Assembly (NCBI RefSeq): GCF_037042905.1
Contig: NC_087253.1
Span: 992,001-1,056,000 of the forward strand
Source of the DNA: Lytechinus pictus
Taxonomy: Eukaryota
Length of the DNA: 64,000 nucleotides
Reading direction: 5' to 3'
The notes beneath the pieces are model-generated. The model saw only the letters and a list, made by a program, of their open reading frames with translations, had not been told where the DNA came from and did no database searches. This document shows positions 41,801 to 53,800 of this stretch, in pieces. Positions within the stretch are counted from its first letter, which is position 1. Every line of letters begins with the position of its first letter. The position numbers and the translations under genes are program-made.

Positions 41801-44800
41801 TACAAAATATAATTTCATTGTAAACCAACTTTTGAGAACTACTTTTTTAATGATGCATCCTATTTTGCTTCATTCTCATTCTATACTGCCAACCTACAGC
41901 TGGGGTAATAATATCCAAGTCCTTTGGAAGCGCATAGAGACATTATTCATAATGTGATATGCGCTATACAAGAACTGTATATTATTATCATAAATGCCTC
42001 TCTTTATTTTTTGTATGTATCTTCTAATAGTTCAACGAAAATTCAAGCTTCAATATTATGATACAAGACCTTGATATGTGTTTAATAGTCGTCACATGAA
42101 ATATCGTCTATAGATGTAATAATCATGTATCACTCTTTTCATATCAAACAAATAAAATAAAATCTGATATCATAGTTGAAGGCTGTGCATAAAGGTCGTG
42201 CTGCACTGTAAAAAATATTGGGTAAAGTTTTAACCAGCACGAGGGTAATTATGTGTCCAACCAATGTGGGGCAGTATTTTACCCAATGCGGGAAGCATAT
42301 TGTCCAGTAAGATAAAAAATAAGCAGCAATTACTTTAGAATGGGCAAATTTTTTATTAAACTGGATAGAAAACAAGTGGAATGCCTCTGGCAGTGTCGCC
42401 TGCATTATACAATTCGATATAGCAGCAGTGCTGCCTTTGAAAAACGGCTAATGAATAATTATTCACAGAAGAAAACACTATAAATATGATAATAAAATAT
42501 GTCCATTGACCATGATCATGTGACCCAAGACATGTGCAAAACAATCATTCATACTTTATTTCCTTTATGTCGTTTCATGAGCTAGATCCATAAACTTTCT
42601 ATAAAGTAATGATGCCAATTCAACGCATACTCCCAATACGGCCAGAGTTTATTGTTCTTTAAATGACCTTTGATCTTGGCCATGTTCCTGAATGCAAACA
42701 GGGTATTCAGGGATACACTGCTGCTCTTATGTCCAAGTTTCATTAACTCGATCCATAAACTTTTAAAGTTATGATGACAATTCCACAAATATCCCCAATA
42801 TTACCAAAGTTTGATGACCCTAAATGTCCTTTGACCTTGGTCATGTGACCTGAAACTGGCACAGGATGTTTAAGGACACCTGATTGCTGTTACAATGTAT
42901 GTCCAAGTTTCATGAACTCGATCCATAATATTTCAAAGTTATGATGACAATTCCTCAAATAACCCCAACATGGCCAAAGTTTGTTGACCCTAACTGACCT
43001 TAATCATGTGACCTGTAACTAAGGCAGGATCTTCAGTGATACACTATTACCTTTATGTCTAAGTTTAATTAACTAGGTCCATATACTTTCGAAGTTATGA
43101 CATTTCAAAAACTTAACCTTGGTTAAGATTTCGATATTGATTCCCGCAACATGGTCTAAGTTCATTGACCCTACATGACCTTTGACCTTAGTCATGTGAC
43201 CTGAAACTCAGGTAGGATGTTCAGTAATACTTGATTACCTTTATGTGTAAGTTTAATGAACTAGGACCATATACTTTCTAAGTTATGATATACATGTACA
43301 TGTAGTCTCGATCTGCCCATAAGAAATGTCACATGTTGGTTGGACACATAATTGCCCACATGGAGCATTTTTACCCAATATTTTTTAGAGTGTGGCTAGT
43401 ATAAACGCCAATTGTGATAACGATCTGAAAGTAAAGTGATTGTAGTAGAAACTGTGTTATTTGCTGAGAAATTAAAAAAAGCGTGGCATTCAAGCCAGAT
43501 ATCAGATCTTTTTTCCAAGCAATACAACACTGTCCTACATGTGTAAAAGTGTCGGTTATCTTCTGTGTGGTCATTATTTTGAGCTTAAATAGGTTTCCTG
43601 ATTTTACTGAGTTAGATTTATGTAAATAGACCAGGGTCCTATAACACAAAGATCAGTGATTAATCGTACGATTGTACATTGTAGTCATTGGGATCAATCA
43701 GAGAAAAATGTTCTATGATCATTGCTAAGCTTTGTGTTACACGCCCTAGATCTAGGTGTACCATGATATGGTGACAATAAACCTTGATTGTATAGACTTT
43801 GTCATGAAATCATTGTTTGCTGCAACTACTTTCATTTTTCAGTTACATGTATAATATAACAACTGTTTCATGTGATTGACAAGATGATTGCTGAAAAGCC
43901 TGATAAATCATTGCCATCACATCAGTCAAGTGCTGAGATTGCCCAGAAGTTCTCAAGTGTTTTTACAGTAAAATTCAACATTTGATATCTTCATTTTCTT
44001 CCTCTACTATTGTTGTGAAGGGGGAAGCCTGTGATCACCGTATTGAGAAGTTTGCGCCAGTTTCCCAAGCAGATGTACTAAAGATTATCAGGTCACATAA
44101 AATAAAATCATGTGACCTAGATCCTCTTCCAGCGCTAATTCTTAGCCAGAGTCTAGAGCTCCTGGTACCGGCCATTACGGACATTACCAACGATTCACTA
44201 GAATGCGGAGTCTTCCCTTCGGCACTCAAATCTGCTTTGGTCATTCCCACCCTAAAGAGACCGTCACTGGATGCAGAAAGTTTAAGGAACTACAGACCAA
44301 TTTCAAATTTACATTTTTTGGGTAAGGTAATAGAACGAGTTGTCTCAAATCAATTTACTGAATACCTTACTGCTAACTCCCTTCTCGCATCCAGACAGTC
44401 TGCATATCGAAAAGATCATAGTGTGGAAACTGCGCTACTTCGTGTTCAAGATGATATTCTACAAGCTTTGGATACCGGAGATGATGCTATCCTCATACTT
44501 TTGGACCTAACATCAGCCTTCGACACAGTTGATCACGATGTTCTTCTTTCCAGGCTGAAAACACGATTTGGTGTCTCTGGGATTGTAGCAAAGTGGTTTG
44601 ACTCTTACATCACTGGACGATATCAACATGCAGGTGATCATTGATGGCTCACGATCTGATCCTACTCTACTTAAATGGGGAGTGCCGCAAGGTTCGGTCA
44701 TCGGGCCTGTACTCTTTACATGCTACACGACACCGTTGGAAGATCTTATTCATTCCTATGGTTTCTCGTCTATGATATATGCTGATGACACACAATTATT

Positions 44801-47800
44801 TATCACATTCAAGTCTGGACAAGCTCTCCGAATGTTGCAGAAACTGAAAGATTGTCTTGGTGCCATTCGTTCCTGGATGACTGTGAACTATGTACTCCTT
44901 AACGATAACAAGATGGAAGTCCTGCATATCTCCTCCCATCGTAGACATACCCCTGAGCTACATGTACCTCCAATTCAAATTGCAAATGTTCATATACATC
45001 CCTCTAAAACGGTAACTAACTTAGGTGTTTTGTTTGATAAAAACTTTTCAATGCATCCCCATGTAAACAGCATCTCTCGTAAAGCATCCTTCGCCCTAAG
45101 AAAAATTGGTAAAATTCGAAAATATCTCTCAAAGTCATCTACTGAAGTCCTCATTCATGCATTTATTAGTTAACTTCTTGACAGTTGCAATAGCCTGCTC
45201 CATGGAATTCCAGAAAAGGATATTTCTAAGCTGCAGAGAATTCAAAACTCTGCAGCCCGTCAAGTTTCCCTCACTAAAAAACATGACCATGTAACACCTA
45301 CTCTTAAACAATTGCACTGGCTCCCCATTAAATTTTGTATACAATTCAAAATTCTACTCCTAACATTCAAATCTCTTAATGGACATGCTCCAAAATATCT
45401 CTCTGAATTAATCCAGGTATATACATGTACTGTACTCCCAGTAGGTCTCTTCGTTCCGCAAATCAAAATTTTCTAACAGTCAAAAAACCAAAAACTAAAC
45501 TTTTGGTGATAGGTCCTTTTCAAGCTCTGCCCCACGTCTGTGGAACACTCTTCCAGCTTTTCTCCGTTGTATCCCAAATATCACTTCGTTTCGATCTAAT
45601 TTAAAGACGTACCTCATGAAGAAAGCATATTCAACATAGCCCCATTTACAGTGTCCTTGATTTTTTATTTTATTTTTATTTTTTCCCTAAGTTATATGAT
45701 TTCTAATTTCACTTTCGTTTGTATATTTCGTATGTTCTACATTGTAAAGCGCTTTGATATGATTTCATAAAAAGCTATATATAAATCTAAGTTATTATTA
45801 TTATTATAACCATGGGTCCATAGCATCACTAACTGCTGGTTGTATTTGGATCCTAGTAGGGTCCATGCTTATTCATAGCATGATAACTTGTCATATTAGC
45901 CCCTTCGATATGAATGAGCAGTGATGCGTTACCATGGTAATCAGAGGATACACATCACTGACCAAGCCAGCTGGAGAAGATATCAGATATACATGTATTA
46001 CCATTCCTCTATAGTCTCTAATTTACAAATCACTTGATATGATCCATGGTATCGTGGCGATATGAATGTTAAAAAGTTCTGTTTTTTATTTCCAGAGTGG
46101 ATTACTTTTCATCAACAATAAGTCTTGGGTCAAAATACTGAGATTGTTTGTTTGTTTTTGCAGAGTATTGAAATTCTAGCAAAACTCTGGAAAATGCCAC
46201 AGTAAACATTTAAAACATGAGTGTCGCTAAGGCGAGCACATAATACGCCCGCCTTCAACATGGAAAATTGAGTTATTGGTCAAGCAAGAAAAGTGGAAGG
46301 TGGTGACTTCATATTTGACTGTCTGACCTCAAAATCAATAGAATTCCTGGGATCTATGCTAGGATCATGCACATCAAATTATATAAGCCTTGCATTTACA
46401 AGGACTGCAGAAGGCAGGGCTCCACACTAACACTTTTTTTTTACTGGTCCAACCTACATGTATTCATGTTGGACCAGTTGATACCCAGATTTTTAATTTT
46501 TTACTGGTCCAAACCTAAAATTTACTGGTCCCCAAATTAAAGGAAATCATAAAGACTTGTTTTTTTTGCTGTCTTTTATTGCCCCCCCCCCCAACACAAA
46601 CGCAACATTATTCATGAGAACCATTTCTCAATTTTGGAAAACCATTTTTTAAGGTGCCAAAGCTATTTTTATTATTTACTAAAGAGAAAATATCATTTAT
46701 ATTAGATTGATATATTTTTTACTGGTCATGTCAGACCAGTATATCTGGCTATTTCTGAAAAAGTTACTGACCCAACAGCAATTTTTACTGGTCTGGGACC
46801 GTCGGACCAGTGCCAGTGTCGCGCTCTGCAGAAGGGTAAGATGAAAACATGTCACTGTGACCTTGACCTTTTACCTTTTGACCTCAAAATCAATAGGCTT
46901 CCTGGGATCCATGCTAGTATCATACACACCAAATTATATGAGCCTAGGTTAAGTTAAACTGAAGTTATCACGTTTACAAGGACTGCGGAAGGGTAAGATG
47001 AAAACATGTCACTGTGACCTTGGCCTTTGACCTTTTGTCCAAAAAATCGATAGGCTTCCTGGGATCCATGCTAGTATCATACACACCAAATTATATGAGC
47101 CTAGGTTAAGTTAAACTGAAGTTATCACGTTTACAAGGACTGCAGAAGGTTAAGATGAAAACATGTCACTGTGACCTTTAACCTTTTGACCTCAAATCCA
47201 TGCTAGTATCATACACACCAAATTATATGAGCACAGAGCATGATACCATAATACGTCTCGTCTAGGACGGGCGTATAAAAAACTATAAATGTACATATCA
47301 AGACCTGGGGGCCTGTTTCTTAAAGGTAACAATTGTTGTAACTTTGACATTATGGCAACTACCATGGTAACCTTGATTTTGATTGGCTGCTGAGCCCTGT
47401 TGCCATGGTAGTTGCCAGAAGTTATAACAGAAGTTACAACAGTTGCAAGTCCTAATATGAAATGGTCCTCTGGATCCCTTTAACATGAGCAAGAACAGTA
47501 TGAGGAGAAGATAGATAATAGGTATAGAAAAGACGTCAGAATTGATTGGTTCTAGGTAGATTTAGCTCCAAGTGAATCAATAGTCGGCAGGGGTCATGGG
47601 CAGGATACAGGCTTATCTATCGATTGATCCTACCCAAGCTCATATCAAAGAAATCTATCATGGGATAGGATATTAAGAGAGTGATGTGGAAATCAAGAGG
47701 AAGAGGATTCTTCAAAGGGGGTAGGATGATACAGATATAAAAGGAAAAAAAATACAAGAAAACTGAAATCATACTTGTTTAATGCAATATAATCCATTCA

Positions 47801-50800
47801 ACAAATTATATAACCTTTTTGTTCTGAATTTCTGATTATGAAGTTTGTTTCAAGTTCAAAGCTCCCCATCTTTTAATAGCAAAGATTGTTTAATAGGTGT
47901 TTCAAAATAGGGGAGGGACAGCATTTCAATAAGAGTACGCATCAAAATTATTAAGAATAATACATGTACAAAATAATATTTAAAGATAAGAGTTTGGAGA
48001 TGATATAAATTGTTAAATATATTTTTTTAGATATCCAGAATGAATGGTAAGTCTACATTACCTTTCTTTCATAGATCTTCACATCCTCCCCCTACCCCTT
48101 TAAGAATTTCTTCTGTGCTCCTTCTGTCTCCAGCATGCCTGGCTACCAGCTTTCTATCATATTATATTCCTCTCCTTCCAACTTGCTGATAATTCCCTCA
48201 TCCTCCAATCTGCCTTAATCTCTCCCTTCCATTATCCCTAGGTGGTTTCAAACCGCCTCGATCACAAGAATCCCCGTTAAATTACGAGAACTTTTTTAGG
48301 CTGAAAAATACCCATTAATTATTCCTGCATTCACACCGCCCTGAAACATACCCTTCGGGATAAGTTCCTGAAGTTACGAGCATGCGCAGTATGGTCTGAT
48401 AAGCAGCAAGGCGCGAAATTCAAAATCACTAGCCCAGCAGCAACCCATGCACGGCGCCGCACCCAACGACACGCTGGGCTAAAAGTTCCCGTAATTTGCT
48501 TTCAGACCGCCAAAATACCCACGACCTTGGAAAAATCCCCGTGAAAGTTCTCGTAATTTCGCCAAGTACCTACTATTTATCGGGTATTTTCTTTCGGGGA
48601 TATTACGCGTAGTTTGCTTTCAGACCGCCAAAATACCTGGTATTTTCTGATCGGGGTAAATTTCCCGATCAGAGAATACCTGGAACTGGCGAACTTTGAG
48701 GCGGTCTGAAACCACCTCCTGAATACCTTCCTCCCTCCTTTGGTTTCCTCTTCCTGCTCCCTCTATCTCCTCTTCTTCCCTTCTTTCCTCTGATTCTTCC
48801 TAATCTTTCCATCCATAACATGCGCCCTTCCCTCTGTCCCCCTTTTATTTATAATTCCTTCTCTTTCTATCTCTCCATTCTTTCCATCCCTCCCTCATTC
48901 AGTCCAGATAAACTCCCCCGCCCCCCCCCTTCAACATTTTTTCCCCCGTTGTCACTTGTCATTAACTATCCACAGCTATAAAAGACATCGTGTTCATGTA
49001 AATTTTAAGAGGAAAATCTCAGAACTGAAATGAAATCCAAGGTGAAGATCTCCTTAATAATAAAAGCTTTCAACAATTGCTGTTTTATGAAAGCAATTTT
49101 CATTCTATACAAATGTCATTGTTTAATGTAAACACAAACCAATTTGCTAAAAAGAGACTGTCTCGTATTATTGACATTACTGGGGGTGCTGATTACTTCA
49201 TAATATTAATATTTGCCAACAGTATTTGTTGAACACAAGAGGGTAAATACCATTCAAGAAATGTTCAAATATGTTTATGATAATATCCTTACAATGTGAG
49301 TTCCATGTACACACAATAAACACAGAGTGAATGGGGGTGATAAAGATAAAACATTTTGATGTGATGTTATTTTAGAATGTTGTTTGTAAAATTGGGGCAA
49401 TAAAAGACAATGTGTTTTATTTACTGGTTGGTACAGGATATTCATAAACTTTTTAGAGAGTTATATTCTGCATGGTATAAAAATATAGCATAGCATGTTT
49501 TTTCTTCTTCTTCCTACATGTACATGCACTCTTCTTTCCATATCAATTTTCTATTCTCATGTTATATCTCTCTCTTTCTTCCCAATCCCCCACTCTTACA
49601 ACTTTCTGTCTTTCTCGCACTCTCTGTCTCTCAACTTTAATTTAACTTTTGTTAAATTTTGGAATGAAAAAGAATAAATGCAATCACTCAATCAATCAAT
49701 CATGTTATACAATGTATGTTTTAATCTTATTCTGGGATTGCCCTTGATAAGCATCTTTGGTTTTTGGCAATTCCTCCATATTCAGGTACATATATGTTTT
49801 GTTTTCTTTGGTTGTTCTTTGTAATGTTTTAAGCTTTTGATATTGCTATTTTTTTTATTTTTGTCATTTTTCAATCAACTCTTGTTTGTATTATTTATCA
49901 CGTTTTTTATATTGTTCGATTCGAATATTGAAATAAATGAATTGAATTAAACTGAAAATAACACATGAACTATAAATAAAACACCTACATGTAGGTAAAT
50001 ATACAATGCATGTGAGGTTTATTTAGATACACTGTACGTTATGTAAGTATGCAGTGTGCATAAAAAAAATAGAATTGTTAAAGCCTAATTTTGAGCTCTA
50101 TCATGGCAGTGAGAAATCTACATGTTAATAAGAAATGTAGCTAAAAGAAGGAAATGTTCATCTACTGGGAAAACCACAATATGGCATTCTTTTTGGTTTA
50201 AGAATAATATTATGTATGATGATGTGTGAACGTTGCCTTGACTCCTATATCAGCCATTACTTTCATTCTATTGTTATTCATCTATTGTGATGCCTAGTAA
50301 AGGAAACATGTTTCCCTCACCAATGCATTGCTTTCCCATCATTCCTGAACGCATGCATCGCCATGTCAACACTGTAGTCGGGACGTCAACCTTGTAAAGA
50401 GCATAATGCATTACAAGAACTCAAAACATGTTTCTAACCTCAAATGGGTGATAATTATTAAAAATTAGGTTTGACAGATCAACTATTAATTTTGTACAAA
50501 TTTTTTCTTTTATTTATTATTTATTTATCTATTTATTTTTATATTAATTTCCACCCTTTTCTTGTTAGCACAAAATCTCAAAAACTCCTCCATCAATTTC
50601 CTTTAAGATTTTGATCAGTTTAATGCGGATCTATTATGCCATGTACTGTTCAAGGTCAAAAGGTAATTGTGACATCATCTAGGCACCATTTTGTAAAATC
50701 ACATTATCAATCATATCTTCAATATAAAAAATAAATCATATTCACATCATATCAACTTCAGGTCAAATGTCAACTACCCATGTCATCAAAATCATGATGA

Positions 50801-53800
50801 GGTCATGAAAATTTTTTTAAATGCTAAACATCACTTTTTGACCAATTAGAGTACGTTTCAGGTCATTTTAAGCATTTCAAAATTTTGCACGCACGAATAT
50901 GAGCGTGTCACACCGTTAAACAACATACATGTAGTATTGCAGTTTTTTTATCATTATTATTTGTAACATTATTCTGAGGAATTTGATACCTTGATCAACA
51001 TGCTAGTATCAGTAATAAATCAATTAGCCTCAATCAAAGTTTGACGCACACGCATACCACAGGCAATATTTTTCTTATTCATTTTCATATTTTGAAAAAG
51101 GAATATGTAAAAAGCACAGGTTGAAATAAATAATAAAAGAATAATTCTAGTGTGTTATAGAGTGTAGGCTAAAGATACAGCTCAAGATGAAAATATTTTT
51201 TGACACCACAAGTAGTGCACTGGGAATTCATATTTTGAAGATTCAATGCCTATCATAATTTTTAACTTAAAATTCACAATATATTTCTGGTTGTTTGATG
51301 AAAAGATACAGCGATGTATTGAGTATGGAACCCCTTTAAATGATATGATTATAATTGCTGTTTCATAGTTAATTGCACTGAATCACAACAAACAATTTAA
51401 TAAAATAGTTTTGAAACCAATCATAATTGTGGAACTCCCCTGAGCACATACCGGTATACATGTACATGGTAGGCCTACATCAACAATATTTTACTGCAAT
51501 AACCCTTCAAAGAGCACTTTCATGACATTAAAAATGTACGCATACATAACATGTAGTTTCATTTTCATTGAATCGAGACTGTATAACTCTAAGGGGGAAA
51601 ATAATGATGTTGTTTTGAAACTTATTTGAAATATGAATTGTTAATTGAGAGTGGATAGTGGATACATGTGCATATCAAATACATTGAGCAGGTCATAAAC
51701 CTAAATATACTATGATACTTTTTGAAAGCTGCAACATAGACTGTACAAGTAAATGTACTTTTTTTTTTGGTGAATAGGCCATATAAAAAGTTATGAAGAA
51801 TTGCAGCCAAACATAACATCAAAATCTTACCTTTTTATCCCCAAGTAGACGTACGATGTACTGCCTGGTAGAATCCTCTACACGATCATGAAGAAGGTTC
51901 TCCTCTCCGTTCTCTATCGCTCTCTCTGCCGCGAAGCGTAGTTCTGAAATGAGTCGCGGAACGTCTGCGTGTGATCCGTTTTCTTTTGGATGTGTGATGT
52001 TAACTTGATTATTAGTAACTACTGGTCCATTATCATAGTCCATACCCTGTAGCCTGGTACCTACAAGAAATAGACGGATAAAAATAAAATATCCATCACA
52101 AACAAATTATCAACACCCATCATAAAAAGTACATCCGGGCTTTAAAAAGAAATTAAATTCCAATATTTGACTGGCGAGCCACACAATGAATACCCTCCCT
52201 CCTTCTTAATCTTTCTCTCTCTCTCTCTCTGGAGAAGTTTAACTGTCTTCCATATTTTTTAATCAATATTTTCTGAAACTTTCACATATATATAATCTCT
52301 AATGGATGGTTAATGTAGCACTAATGATTTTCAGTTTCACAGTAAAATTACCCATTCTCCATACCTTTATAGCCTGGTACCTACATGTATCTACTTCATG
52401 AAAATACCAGAAGAGATTTTTTTTTTAAATCAAGGAAAAAATCTTAATGTAGAATTATTTCAATAAGTTTAGGCCTTTATGTTCCCAGTAAGAGATCAAG
52501 GTTTGACCAAGTGCAGACATTCAGTTTGCTCAAATGCTACAGTAGCCTAAATTCCTAAAAGACCTCACAACTTGTCTACATGATGTAGACAAATGTATGA
52601 GGTGTTTTAAAAATTACAAAATACTTTTTTAAAGTTATAAATTGCACTTGACTTGACAAGAAAGAACCAATGAAGGTCTGTGCCTGTAGACTACATGTTG
52701 TGATAACTGTCTATTGCTATAAATATTAAGTGTACTTCATCTTGTAATGACCATCCATAATGACACTTAATATGTATTCTCATTGGTACTAATGATTTTC
52801 AGTTTCACTCATTAATTTTTTTTTAACGGAAAGTCTTTTCTAAAACATGCGTTTCAGATCTGGGGCCCGTCTTACAAAGAGTTTTTATTGATTCGATCAA
52901 TCGCAACTATGGAAAGCCAGCGAAGTCAACATCTTAAAATGCATGTTTGTTCAAAAATAATTCTTGATATGAAGTATATTCATAAATTCATTGATTTCTT
53001 GATTTCTTGACAATTTGGTGTGTTCTCCTTTGTTTATAAAGGACATTTTGCAAATTTCCTGTACAAAAAATGACACTGATGGATTTCCATAGTTACTATT
53101 GATTGGATCAATCGTAGCTTTTTGTAAGACGGGACCCTGAAGTAATTTTCACTGACAAATTTACTCTCAGCCAATCAGATGCAACGGTTTTCAGTAGCTT
53201 ATAACAGATAGTCAGTGAAATGGGAGCGCCAAGGAGTCCAGTATCAAAACAGGCGTGAGTGATTATTCATGCCCATGTATGGCATGGAATTTATCAATTC
53301 TGTGATACATGTACAGTACATTCAAATAACATGGTTTTAAAAGATTTTGTTGAGCTACACTGTTGTAGGTTTTAGGAACCATGCAGAAGAGTGAAAGGTT
53401 TTTAAAGAACTTAGAAATGGGACAGAAAATTTCAAAACTCTCATTTCAATTTATAAAGAAGATCTACTGTACATGTACAAACAAATGTCCTGTACTGATG
53501 TAGATATTTTAATGAATTAAAACAAAAGTTCAGATAATTTATCAGTTTGCCATGACATACAATAAATACAGACAGTAATTACTCACTTCCATCTGTCTCC
53601 TGGTTGATTCACAACAAATAACACAAATCACCAAACATTCCAAGATATAATGATCGTATTCCAAACTACATGTATGTTCCTATAACTAGTTCAGAAGCAT
53701 TAAAACATAAGCGTACAAGTAATACATACAATGTAATGTACAGTATGTTCTCTCTGTAAAATACCATAACAATTGCTCACATATTGTATGAGCGCAGTGA

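Noticed and set aside
43982-45173. Functional reverse transcriptase gene
   Set aside because: Frameshifts, stops, 5' truncation and no endonuclease domain
53575-53620. GAA|GTGAGT donor as an alternative 5' exon
   Set aside because: The nearby ATG is out of phase with exon 2 and there is no other support
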